From assembly GCF_018350175.1 (NCBI RefSeq), contig NC_058369.1, positions 21,764,001 through 21,828,000 of the forward strand: a stretch of DNA of 64,000 nt, read 5' to 3'. The stretch comes from Felis catus. Lineage: Eukaryota. Made by a program: the position numbers and the translations under genes. The notes below the pieces were generated by a model. The model did no database searches. It had not been told where the DNA came from and worked only from the letters and a program-made list of their open reading frames with translations. This document shows, piece by piece, positions 48,326 through 60,764 of this stretch (position 1 is its first letter; every line of letters starts with the position of its first letter).

Positions 48326-48681
48326 AGCATACTCTGTATCTGGGGAAACCACAGCAGAGTAAATGAAGTTCTTTAGCTGTCTACTCACAGAAGTTACACA
48401 CTTAATGTTTAGCTACCAGGGAAGGAGGCGCTCATCCACAGACGCCAGGACTCAGGGTCTTCAGGCCCAGGAGCCCGTGTGGCCTGTGGCCCAGCTGGCC
48501 GGGCCCAGGATGGAAACACACAGCCAAAGGCTTTCTCTGGCAGCTTTGCTCTCTCACCTTAACCCATCTCACCAGTGCGAGGCTCTGGCAAACGGTAGCA
48601 ACTCATTTAGAAGTTCCATTTCTATAAATTAAATAAAAACACAATTAAAATGTAGTAGGTGCTAAAACTTGGTTTTGAACT

Positions 48682-48687
48682 TTTATT
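48682..48687 (-). terminator. DCP1A: Probable distal DCP1A polyadenylation signal AATAAA
   Basis: TTTATT on + strand, with U-rich sequence upstream and GU/U-rich sequence downstream on minus. Confidence 0.7.
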
Positions 48688-50029
48688 AAAAAAATATATT
48701 TGCAAACATATAAAATTTAGGATGAAAAATGCTCATTTGAAAACATGTAATAACTTAATATTTGCAAACATACACAGATGGTATAAAATCCATACCATTA
48801 AAAATGTTAATGATGAAGTATTGCGCTCATGGAACAAAATCTTGCTGTAATTCCAGAGCTTCTCACCCCCACGCCTCAGGGAGCGGAGAATCTGGTACAC
48901 GGAAAGTCATGAGAGCCACATGGCCAAAGCAGTAATACAGAATAAAAAACCATTTAGAACACATATTTTAAAAACACATTTCTTAAGGATCACACAGGTA
49001 AAAGGGAAACACGCTTCTGCATTTTCCCCAAAGTGAACGATATTGCATCTTAGCATTTCAAATGATGTCAAATACAAAACCGAGCGGAACATTGCACACA
49101 TCTCTCCTGCTGAATTTGCTGGAAAACAGGCTCCTTGAGGCCCCGGCCCACTCAGGGAAATGTTCTCAGGCACAGCTTTTAAAAAGCCCGTGCAAGGTGC
49201 TTTACTTGGTTTAGATCTTAACATTTTATACACCTGAAAACACAGGGCACTCTTGGTTCCAGAAGGTACTCTGAACACAACCGAAGAAAACCAAAGCTAG
49301 GTAAGAAAGAAATGTGTGCTCAGCAGCAAATATGCAGCAAGAATGCGGGACGCCCGTCCCCGTGAATCCTTGTCCTCACTCACGTGGACCAGACGCCCCG
49401 TGCCTGTGCCCCCTCTCATTCCTGTTTCTACCTTTTGCCCAGTTACTGTGTGATGGCTGATTTTGTTTTTTAAGCAGTTAGGCACCTTCAATTTCATGTT
49501 GCATTATTAGTAATACAATGGCAGTTATGGCCTCTTCTACCCAAATGAGAAAACTTCAAGCTACATTCTTGGGGGGGTGGGGGGAAGAATAAAGCTGCAT
49601 GGTTTAAACATATTTACCTAGTACAGGATTTGATAGGGTTTATAGTTCTTACAAGGAAACACAGGCAGGAAAAGAACAGATGCTTGACATGCAAAATTGG
49701 GCCGGACACATTCTAAACAAGGTGTGTGCAGCCTTCAGCAGAGGACCCAAGTCAACTTGGGCTCTTTGCAAGACACCACTCTGTGAAGGCTGCTGAAAAG
49801 CCTTGGAAGGTGAGCTGTGGACACTCCCACGTAGACAGTATGAGAGGCTTCTCCTGACACTGACAGTCACTTGGAAACTTAGGATTCAAAGTCCCACCTT
49901 AGGAACTCTGGAGAGACGCACGACGAGGAGGGGCTTCTGCCTTAAAGGAACAAGGCTGTCTGGGAGGTGCAAGAGTCCATTCAGGACACCATGTGACTAC
50001 AACACAAGAGCAGGGCCACCCACTGGCCT

Positions 50030-50054
50030 GGGGCGGGGGGGGGGGGGGGGGGGG
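50030..50054. repeat. Poly-G tract (poly-C in the DCP1A mRNA)
   Basis: GGGGC followed by a long G run. Confidence 0.9.
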
Positions 50055-52539
50055 TGGAGGGTGGCGCACAGATGGACATGGTGGCCTAAATGCAGAACTA
50101 GCAAGAAGCATCTGTGTTTTGATGTCCATTCTGATTGAACTAAGGTTTGAAGTGAAGGTTCCAGTGAAGTCACCGCAGCAACGTAAACATGCAACCTAAG
50201 CCAGCATGAGGTTCTGGATAGTAAGTGTGACCGAGGAGTAAGGCAACTGAGCTGTGACTTCTGGGCCAGGGTCATACAACTGCGACTGTTCAGGCTTGGC
50301 CTGACTTTTCTGGGGACTCATTCTGGCCTAAACTTCCTGGTAATCGTGACAGTGAACTTCTGGCTTCTGAATTTTAAGTTAATCATACATGAATCTTAGA
50401 GTTGAAACAGGCTTACCCTTTTCAGGTCTCCATGGCTTGGGCACTTAAAAGTTTATTTTCCCACTAAAGAAACCTTATCATAGATTCTCTTTTCTGTCTA
50501 ACATCTTCCTTGCTTGGAATTAAAGGGTGAACGTTAACAGATCTGACTGCAGACCCTCTTTAAGATAGTCGCTCTTAACTCCCACATAATATTATACATA
50601 CTCAAGGCATTTCAAGTCAAATGCCTATCACAACAAGAATCCCTTGATTCTTCCACGTGCCAAAGCCCACTGAAGCTACACTGGGGGTGTAGTCAAACCT
50701 CTTCTCTGAGAAAACCTGTTTCTGGAGTCACATGGGCTCCCCCAACACCATCTCCTGCTGTAACACTCTGTATCTTACTTCGATGTTCTCCTTCCTGGGT
50801 GACGTACGAGCAATTCATTTTTGGTTGCTGAATTTACACACTACTTTTGAAAACAAACTATTCCCAATGGAGTATGAGAATGTATGAGCTTCCCTGACTT
50901 TTGAACAATTCACAAATAACCAGGTAGACAGGAAGAGAAGACACTAAGTTGACAAGCAGAAAAGTTGCCCAGGAAGCATGTTTAGACCAACAAAAGCCAA
51001 TTAAAGTAATCTTTATGCTAAAAAAGAACTAAGACCAAACTAAAACAAGTATGTCATTCACAAGTAGTTTTCTAAAATCTCAGCTAGGAAAAAAAAAAAA
51101 TCTATGGATTTATGATTGAGTTACCATTAAAGCTTAAATGATTGTTCCGAGGAACCATCACATCCATCAGCATTATTCATAGCTAATCCTTATGCTAGCT
51201 GGTTGAGCCAATTGGGTTTTTACCCCATCATTAAATAGTGCTCAGAAAAGTAAGCAGTGCATCTTAATTGGTTAAATACTACAAAATGATCTGTATCATA
51301 GAAACGAAGACACTTTCATTCAAAGAGTATCTTAAAATTACTATTGCTGAAGTAAATCAAAATCTACATTAAAATATTACTAATCACCATTACATGCCAT
51401 AAAAGAATAAATATAAATCATGGCAGGTCAATAGCAGCATAACAAAGCATCTTTACACATCTTCACACTTTGGGCTGCACAAGTACTCACAGCCTAGGAA
51501 TACATTGGTAAAGTTCTGAATTTCACACTTTGTTTTTACCTCCATATTCTACAATAAAGTAAGGGCAGTGTGAATAAAAGCTCCCTTTTCTGCATAGCTT
51601 TAAAACTACTCTCAGTAGACTCGAGGAATGGAACCAGAATGGCTTTGTCAGATTGGTCCACTGGTCCTTTTGTCAAAGTGTTAAGGAAAACAATCAACAA
51701 TGATTTCTGCGTTTAGACAGAAAAGGAAAATAAGGCTACACTTCACACAAAACTTAACACTGTCCAAACCACTCAAGAGTTTAACATAAAGTGAAGGTTT
51801 CTGATCGCGTTCGGTCTTTACCAGCCCCAGCCTTTGCTTCCAAGGTGTGACATGCTACTCCCATATTGTCACAGGGCCTGGCGGGGCCCTCTTCTCATGG
51901 TATCACTGCCCTGGGAGCCGCTGCATGGCAGCACGGGGGACACTTAGAAACAAAGCACAACTGAGAAATTTCAGAACTTTTAAGGCCCAGATGGGGCATT
52001 CATATAAAATATACTTCACTTGGAACAAATCAGTCTTAATTCGCCAACTTAAACTCTGATCCTTAAAACTCAAAGCTACTTTGCGCAGAACAGACTTCTG
52101 CTCTTTTCAGAACTTGACTATGAGCCTAAGACTCGAGTTTCTAGGGTGGGGAGGAGCAGGGGAAGGGGCGCGGCTGGGCTGAATTCTGCTGCAAGGCTGG
52201 TGACCCCTCCTAAGACCTTGAAAGTGAAAGCAAGCTGAAAATCAGACTCCTAATTTCACATCCTTTCTTAGAGCTGATGAAAACACCCACACAACTTTAA
52301 CACAACGGTCTTTTTTTGTTTTTGTTTTTGTTTTTTTTTTTGTCAAAACAAAGGTCTGCTGGTGATGCTTCACAGTGAAACCTCCATTATCACTGAGAAC
52401 GTCACTTGGAAAACATTCTTAAGGAATGAGTCTCTTTCTCATAGGCTCAATTTCAGGATTCTCACAACTTAAAGTTTCCATGACGAGGCCTATTTGTTTC
52501 TGAGGTCGACATTCTGCCTTCGGATTTATTCTGCTCCAG

Positions 52540-52620
52540 TCATAAGTTGTGGTTGTCTTTGTTCTTGGTCAGAACCTGCAAGTAGACTTCGTGAAGTGTA
52601 CTGAGGAAGCTGGAATCATT
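52540..52620 (-). CDS. DCP1A: DCP1A last exon coding part (81 nt incl. TGA)
   Basis: NDSSFLSTLHEVYLQVLTKNKDNHNL*; CAG acceptor. Confidence 0.96.
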   Translation of the reverse strand, partial: NDSSFLSTLHEVYLQVLTKNKDNHNL

Positions 52621-55600
52621 CTGGAAGAGATGGTAATGTTTGATTTACCTCAGTAGAACTTATTTCCTTGACAAAAGTTTAGGAAAAAACCTGTATAATG
52701 CTTTGTAGAACTAATCACCCAAAGAATCTCACCACCCAGAGACAAGTGCAAACCATACTTCGGAATTCACTCAGTCACTTTTCCATTAGGAGTGTATGTT
52801 CAGAAAGAGAGAAACATTACTCCTGGCTAGGCTTGAATTTACTTTATGAACGGATTTTCTAAGAAGAACTTACATATTTTTTTTTTAATTAAAGAATGAA
52901 AGTTTAAAGACTCCACTGATGTCCTACATACCTTTATTAGATGTATTAATGTATCCTGGAGCTGAGACTTGCTGAGAATAATGGAAGGCTTTCTCTGATT
53001 TTCTGATGTTCCAACAGTCAGGGGAGAGGGGGCGCCTGTTTTCCTCTCAAGGTCTGCGGACCTTGTAACTGTCTGCTGGAAAACACTTGGGGACAGCAGG
53101 ACTGAGGACACTGCCATGGTTGTTGCAGTGACCAGCGTGGGGCCTGCGACCTGCAGGGGAGCAATGGTCATGAACAAAGCTTGTTAAAGGACGAAGGGCC
53201 TGTTTATTGGGATGCCAAGTCTGATCATCATAGAAAGGAAATAGGACCACAGCCAGATATGAACAGTAAGAACAATCCTATGGTTATTAAAAATGTAAAG
53301 TTTTATATGGGGAGCACAGGAATGATTGGAAGAGGGCAAGAGGGAACTTTCTGGGGTGATGGAAATGTTACATGTCTTGACTGGGTGGTTACCCAAGGGA
53401 ATAAATGTGTGTTAAAACTCATAAAACACCTGCACTTTATCTGTATTTTACTTCAAAAAAAAAATGGGGGGGGGGGGGGGGAATAAAAAAATCCAGTTAT
53501 ATGAAGCATTAGTTTCTTCTGTAGTGTTTAATACATTTATTATACCACTACAGGTATCAAAGATACACCCTCTTGGGGCACTTGGGTGGCTCAGTTGGTT
53601 AAGCATCCAACTTCAGCTCAGGTCAGGATCTCACAGTTCGTGGGTTTGAGCCCTGTGTCGGGCTCTGTGCTGACAGCTCAGAGCCTGGATCCTGTTTCAG
53701 ATTCTGTGTCTCCCTCTCTCTCTGCCCCTCCCCTGCTCACAGTCCGTCTTGCTCTCTCTCAAAAATAAAAACCTTAAAAAAATTAAAAAACAAAGACACA
53801 ACCTCTTACAAATAAAATGAACATCTACCCCCATTTAGATGTGCTTCTATGCTAACGATGGCTAACCATCAGAATACACTAAGCCAGTAATAATCAGCAT
53901 TTTTAATAATTCCCACATTTGATACAATCAGCAGGCATCTACATTCCTTTCTTCTGTCACCCCTCCCATTCATAAACTGCCACAGTTTGGTGCCATGCCA
54001 GGCTGAGCGCCCCTGCTGATCCCCACGCAGCAGGATGAGATATAGGGAAGACCAGTTCATACCACCAGTCAGGAGCTGGCTGCAGTTGAAGTTCTAAGAC
54101 TTGAGGAGGGTGCAAAGGCTCAAAGGCAAATGGGAACATAGAAGTTTAGGAACTGAAAAAATAAGTGTGCACTTTGAGGTTGGTAGGTAATGGAGGGTGG
54201 GGAAAACATTTAAAAAGTGAAGCAGGAGAGAACAAGCAGAGGACAGAGTACACAGGCCTGGGAGGCGCTGTCGTTATAGCTGCGGGGAGCAACGAGCGCC
54301 CAGAGCACAACAGCGACTCGTAACCAGGGCATCACAGCTCTTCCGGGGCAAAGAGCACCTCCTCCTCACGGAAACCAGGCTGACGTGCACTCAGCTGACA
54401 CACACAGAGCGCCCAGCCCAGCTGGTGGCTGATCCTGCCCTGCGTACGGTCGGGGAAGACATCAGTACAGAGATGGTGACTGGAGGCCCAGGGTGACTGG
54501 GTGACTGGAAGCCCACAGGGGCCGTGGCGATGAACTCGGCTGGGGTGGCAGGGGAGCCTGGCCTAGGAGGGGCATCTAAGAGGGCTCTAGGCTTGAAAGG
54601 TACAACGTTCTATGGCACTCACAGCAGAAGAACTGAAATATAATGTGTTCTTCAGAGAAAGGGGGTCCTTACCGGGATGGCACTGGGTAACACCTTAGGC
54701 TGGACAAAGACTTCAGGATCCTGGTTTTGCTGCATAGACTGCAATGTTTAAAAAGAAAAGATGAACAGACCTAACAAGTTTCCATGAAGATTTCCCAGCG
54801 ACCGGGGATAAACCCACATTAGCAATAAGGAATAGTTCAGACATTAACTAGCTCCTAGATTCCTGAGGGAAGAGGCTGACAGCAACATTTAACAACGTAA
54901 CCAATGTGTCATCTGTGAGGCCAGGGCTCTGGGACAGCCTCCGAACCGCTTGGGTTCCCTAAGAGAGGGGCTGTGTGCAGAGCCGTCAAGAGGTCTCTAA
55001 GGAAAGCAGAAACCTGTATCTAAGAGCTGGGGACAGCCCAAGCACATTTTTGCTGTTGAGTCTGTAGAGACGCCATGTTCTGGCAGCACGAGACCTTGCT
55101 AAGGCCGTGTGGACTCTGGACAGGGCGGCACTAAACAGTCCTCATGCAGAGTCACCTTCCTTCCATGTGCTTGCTACATTTTGTCCTCCTTCACTGGGAG
55201 ACAAAGAACTTCTTGCTGTAGAGCAAATGCATTAGAATTCAGTGAAGCCCCAGGCCTTAAATGAAATGGAAATGGAAATATACACGTATGTAAGTGTCCC
55301 CTGTGAGGAGGCTCACTGGAGTGCTGGGAGCTGTCCCCAAGGCCAAAACATGGAGGGGGCAGAACAGTGGTGGCACGGGTGTGTCAGGGGGTGACACCAA
55401 TCTGTTATAACATTCTCTCTGCTTATACTACAGAGAACCTCAACAGAAATGGCCCAAAATGAAAACTGAGCAATATAACCAAGATACTGAACTCCCTTTC
55501 TTTCTGTGCAAGTTTTTAAAGGACTGGAACAGAACAGTCCACTAACTAAGAAATCCCACACGATGATTATGATGGGCTCGTCTGTATAATACTGTTCGGT

Positions 55601-57428
55601 ATGATGTTAAGACTGTGGATTCTTATCAAAGGGCACAGGACTGAAGTTTTGGGAGGCAAGCAACACTGCTCTCAAGCAGAAGACTCTGCCCCTCTCGAGA
55701 AGCTGTGTGATCTCGTACGCATCACCGCAGTTGGAGCTGACTCTCATCTGCACACTCACCAGCCTCATCCCTCTCTGAGTGGCAAGCCTCTTCTTCACGC
55801 CCCACTCCCAATCGGCCACCAGGCCCCACTGCCCACGCCTGTTAACAAACCTGCTGGTCCACACTCTCGAAGTCAGGCCGCACCAGTTCAAGCCTGGGTA
55901 ACTGTCTGGATTCCTTCGGGTGGCCCTACTTCCAGCTTCTCCTTTCCCAGCTCACCACCTCCCCTTAAAGCCCTAGAAAGGCCCCCTGGGGCTGTGAGAA
56001 CAAGCCTCAGACTGCTTCACGGAGTTTACAAAGTCCCGCTCCTCAGCCAGTACCTACGCCCCCAAGGTCCTCCCAGAGGAGGCCTGGCCACACTACAGGT
56101 CCTTAAGTTCAGCAAATGCCTCTCATCTCCAGGCCTCTGCACACACTATTTTCCTGACCTCAAACACTTTCTCTACGTCTAGGAAAGAGCTGACTAACTC
56201 CTACTGAGTCTTCAGATCTCAGCTGAATATGAGCTTCATTGGGAAGTTTTACTTGATCCCGTATCTCCAAATCGGATGTGATTATGGCCCGAGGTGGGCA
56301 CTCAGTGAGTACCAAGGGAGTTGGGGATGGGACAACGCTGGGGATAATCTGGATCTATGGTCCTGAGTCAAATGCAGACTCCTGGAATTGTCAGGCAGAA
56401 ACAAACAAAACCCCCTACAACGCATGCCCTGACAGGAAAATACCGATATTGTTTTTTAGCTTGTATCAGTTGAGATATCTGGGAAAGTGGAACTGAGTCA
56501 CAACACCGTGTACCAACGGTCTAGCTGTTCATTACTGGGCTTTCCACCTCCTGTCTTCCGGCCCTGGGTGTACGGAACAGTCGTCTCTTTGAAGTGACTG
56601 TCTCATGGGCGTCAACATCAAGGCCTCTGCAGCCCCATCCTACCCAGTTAGAGCCCCCCACCCTCCTGCCGGTACCTGAAGGGGAGCAAGCACCATGTTG
56701 CTGAGGGATGCTGAGGCTCGCGCGGCTGCAGTCTTAGGGGGAGGCTCTATGAAGCTCTCAGGTGTGGCCAGCTGGCCGGCTGCTGAACAAAAGCCGGATG
56801 TCATGGCACTTTTCCCAAGTGACTGCGTCTGTATTTGGTCATGCTGTGGGGTCAACCTGAGTTTCTGGAGAAGATCAACACTTGGGAGCGAGGTACCAGC
56901 TGTGTTTGTCACACTCAGTGGGGCCCTGAAGGGGCTCTGGGTGGCAGTCAGATTGGCGTGGCTCAGTTCAGGGACTGGCTGGCTCAGAAGTGGAGACCTC
57001 TGTCTTGGCGTGGTCTTCACCGCCTGTATCATGGTGGTGTTTCGGGGTAAGCTGGGGGGAACCTGTGCCGTAGGAGCTTCTGCTGGTAGAGTCGGACTGA
57101 GCACAGGGCGCAACGGGACGGCATAGACGGGGGCCTGTTTTTCACTGGACTGTGTGATGGAGGCGGGAGTGATCAGCACCGGGGTGGGGACTTCAGGTTG
57201 GACTGAGTGGTGGGAGGCAGGATGGACACCCAGGTTGTCCGACTGAGGGGCTCCTCCTGACTGCTCAAAGGGAAATGGTAGGAATGAGCTGGGCTCTTTC
57301 TGGGAGGCATCTCCTGGCAGCTTCTCCACTTCTTCTGACTCCAGACCCACAACACTTGGCTGTTCTTTTGGCAAAGAGGTTCCAAATAATTCTTCCACTG
57401 TCAGATGTTTGTGTCCAGATGGAGCAGA
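52540..57428 (-). CDS. DCP1A: mRNA-decapping enzyme 1A, last four coding exons (5' exons lie beyond the window)
   Basis: Joined exons give SAPSGHKHLTVEELFGTSLPKEQP...SVDLLQKLRLTP...LSKSQLQDTLIHLIKNDSSFLSTLHEVYLQVLTKNKDNHNL*, including the DCP1 C-terminal trimerisation domain. Confidence 0.97.
52932..53150 (-). CDS. DCP1A: DCP1A penultimate exon (219 nt)
   Basis: VAGPTLVTATTMAVSSVLLSPSVFQQTV...LSKSQLQDTLIHLIK; CAG/GTATG. Confidence 0.95.
53575..53795 (+). mobile_element. Can-SINE in DCP1A intron
   Basis: Consensus head, body and tail. Confidence 0.9.
54673..54738 (-). CDS. DCP1A: DCP1A exon (66 nt)
   Basis: SMQQNQDPEVFVQPKVLPSAIP; CAG/GTAAG. Confidence 0.93.
56676..57428 (-). CDS. DCP1A: DCP1A large Pro/Ser-rich exon (753 nt, phase 0-0)
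   Basis: CAG|TCTGCTCCATCT start; ends NMVLAPLQ|GTACC; overlaps the 252-aa ORF 56640-57398. Confidence 0.96.
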
Positions 57429-58698
57429 CTGAAAAACAAATCAAACTGCCCAATGAAAGAAATCTCTTGCAAACCAGTGTAACCAGACTTCTTTCCCATG
57501 AACCAAAACATTTTGCAGAAGCAACGATAGATGGAGTCTGAAAATAAGGAAATGGAACAACTGCAGATGTGCTAGGGACTAAGGCCAAAATGCATCTTGT
57601 CTCCCCGAGCTGGTGGGCAGAGATCTGCATTCGTACTAAGATCCAAGTTTTAGGGACTCCCAGGATAGTGTTAGAATTCACCTTGTTTTCTTGGCAAAGG
57701 GATATAACGTAAAGGAGAAATATTACAAATAGTGCTTGGTTGCCCTGTACCAGTAACACAAGCAAGGAAATAATACTCAAGAGGACAGAGGGACCAAACG
57801 CTGAGTAAGTAATCCTATCTTTATTTTCATAGTTCTTGATAAAAAGCTAGGCACTGCACCTTGAGGACTGGGTCTTAAGTACCAGAAAATAAACTGAACT
57901 GTTTTTTAAAATAGCAGGCCGTTCCTCCCTTCTACTACAAGATCACAGATTCCTTCAGAAGCAGCAGACATGTAGGTCTGAGAATGTTCACTTTGCATCT
58001 GCTGTAGTGGTCTGGCTTACTGATACCACTGCAACGATGTGGAGGGGGGATATTTACACTTTCCACTCCTGAGCTTTCCTACACCTTCCCTTCATGTGCT
58101 ATGGTCATATTCATTTGCCCTTTATTTTCAGAGTGCCTGCAGGGTGCCAGGACCTGCGCTGACCTGTGCCCCCAGGACACAGTAGGGAGGAACAAAAAAA
58201 GTCTGACCCTGACAGGGCTTGTGTTCCAGTGGGGAACTGACCTAAGTACTTTGAAAACACATACAGCCTCGACATATGGTTTTATTCCATAAGCGTGTAC
58301 ACTACTTAGCTGCTCAGATATATATTCACGTGGAAAAAGACGGTTCGCTGAAACACACGGTTTTCAGTTCCTCAGAAGGCCGATAAAGGCCCGACACTAC
58401 ACTGCCCCTGAAGCAGAAGGATGAGTGCACTATGGTGTGACCACATTTCTACAGGAAAAAAGCACTGGTTTTCCCCAGCAAGTGTTTGCTACATCCGTGT
58501 GACAAGTAGTTACAGGTTTCCCTGCTATCTGAAGGGGGAGCGTTCCTGGGAAATGTTTCTAAGCCAAAATGGCGGAAAGTGAAGAAGCAATTACCATTGA
58601 TTCATATGGAAAAATTCTGAGTATCTCTGGGTCCCCAAAATAACCCATTTTCAGCTTTTCTTTACAAAATTTTTAATGTTTATTTATATTTGAGAGAA

Positions 58699-58741
<43 letters not shown>

Positions 58742-60764
58742 ACATAAGCAGGGGAGGATCAGAGAGGGAGACACAGAATCTGAAGCACGTTCCAGGCTCT
58801 GAGCTGTCAGCACAGAGCCTGCCGTGGGGCTCGAACCCATGAATGGTTGAGATCATGACCTGAGCTGAAGTTGGACGCTTAACCAACTGAGCCGCCCAGG
58901 CGCCCCTCTCTTCGGCTTTTCTGATACCTTAGAACACATCTTGCTAACAGGTGCTCACAGACCCAGGTCAAGGCTGTGGCGGCCTGAGGCTGGGGTGCTG
59001 AGTGTGGTTCCTGGGGAAGGGGCTGGGCAGGGCTGCCCTCTGTCCAGGGTGCCCGCTGCATCAGTAGCTCAAATGTCCAATGTTATTTGACTTTTTACCT
59101 CTTCTCACACAAGCAAAAACTGTCTTTGGATTTCTTTCGGTTGGCAAAACAGTTACCGATGTGGGTCTTTCCTAAAAGCAAAAGTGGCTTAATGTGAACT
59201 TTTGAAAAGGGGACGGTGGGGACACCTGTATCGGGTTTAGCAGGTGCCCAGGACACTGTGCTGAGATGGGTGGGGTGGGGAAGAGAGGGACTTACTGGCA
59301 GCAGGTTCTTAGGGGAGGGGTTGAGGCTCCCTCTGCTGTGGAGGGAACCGGGGAAAGGAGGCCAGTACCCAGGGGGTGTGCAGGGTGGCTCACTTGTGAG
59401 GGGTGGATGGAAAGGGAGTGCCACTGGGGTGTCTTATCACCTGCTGGGTGAGAGAACGGAGGTGGGGCAAAGGAACAGTTGTGGAGAAGAGGCAGAAACT
59501 TCCTCTAGTTGTAGCAAAATTGTAATTCCATACCGAATCATTTCTTCTTAGAAAATATCCAGTAAAGAGAATTAATGTGATATTTCTTGGCAAGTTAATG
59601 GGACAAAAGGCTTTAAGTGAAGGGATTCTCAAATGGCAAGATTCAGGCCCCACCCCCCCCCCCGCCCCCCCATTAATGCTGTAGTCACAACACTTCTTGT
59701 ACTTTAAGGAATTTTCCAGATTCAGGATCTTACTTCAAATACAATGTAGCACTAACATCTATTATAAACTGTGGAGGTAAAAAAAAAAAAAAATGCAAAA
59801 GATTGTATACGGTTTAATTTCCTTATGTTTTTACTTCTGAAAAAGTTGCAGAGTTTAGGATCTGAAATCAAAGACACCCAGATTTAATTCCCAGCTTAGC
59901 TGGGAAAATTATAGTCTATTTAGTTACCTCATCTGAAAAATGGGGGCAATTATGGCAATTACTTCTCACAGAGTTGATGTGAAAGTTAATTTCTCAATGA
60001 TACCTGGTGCCCAACAAGCATTCAATAAATGGAAGTTGGCTATTATCATTATATGAACACCAGACAGTCTTACTAGCAATCATAATAAACCTGTGTTTGT
60101 ATATGTTTTAAGAAACATCAAATACTATGTTAGAATATTAAAAATTCATCAAATCCTTCTGGAATATCATACCCCGTGATGCAAAATAACACTACCACCT
60201 AATGGGCTATCAAGGCTGTAGTATTATAAATCTGTCATGCCCTGATGCAATGACTCATTAAAGACACAGTTGTTGGGGCTCCTGGGTGGCTCAGTCAGTT
60301 AAGCGTCTGACTTCGGCTCAGGTCATGATCTCACAGTTCATGAGTTCAAGCCCTGCAATCAGGCTCTGTGCTAACAGCTCAGAGCCTGGAGCCTGTTTAG
60401 GATTCTGTGTCTCCTTCTCTCTCTGCCCCTCCCTGCTTGTGCTCGCTCTCTCTCTCTCTCTCTCTCTCTCAAAAATAAACGTTAAATATAAAAAAAAGAC
60501 ATAGTTGTTTATTTAAAACTCACTGGTATCATTTCAAATCCATTCAAGGTAATTCAAAAACAGACAGCAAATTCCCATTTGGGACACACTTCTCGTCCTC
60601 TCTGTCCAGGCCACATAACTAGTAGCAGGGGTGCATAGGTTCCATTTCCCCAGATGGGCACTAGGATTGATTCACTTTTAGATCTCTGGCATCATAAATG
60701 TCCACTGATGAGCACAGACATAATTCCACTCCTCCCCACCGATTTCTGACAGTGATGGCAAAAT

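Larger units (their letters stand above)
48665..52539 (-). other. DCP1A: DCP1A long 3'UTR (~3.9 kb; distal end approximate)
   Basis: AT-rich, SINE-free stretch after the stop, ending at an AATAAA; SINEs resume just beyond it. Confidence 0.7.

Noticed and set aside
55601..56182. 193-aa plus-strand ORF in a DCP1A intron
   Set aside because: No recognisable homology; partly overlaps L2-like decayed sequence.
58879..59061. Pro/Gln-rich minus ORF as a candidate upstream DCP1A exon
   Set aside because: No similarity to the expected preceding exon, and it runs into a SINE; the real exon probably lies beyond 64000.
11806..60504. Recurrent ~60-aa ORFs '[28 protein letters not shown]' resembling a peptide family or repeat array
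   Set aside because: Translations of dispersed Can-SINEs; not genes and not a CRISPR-like array.
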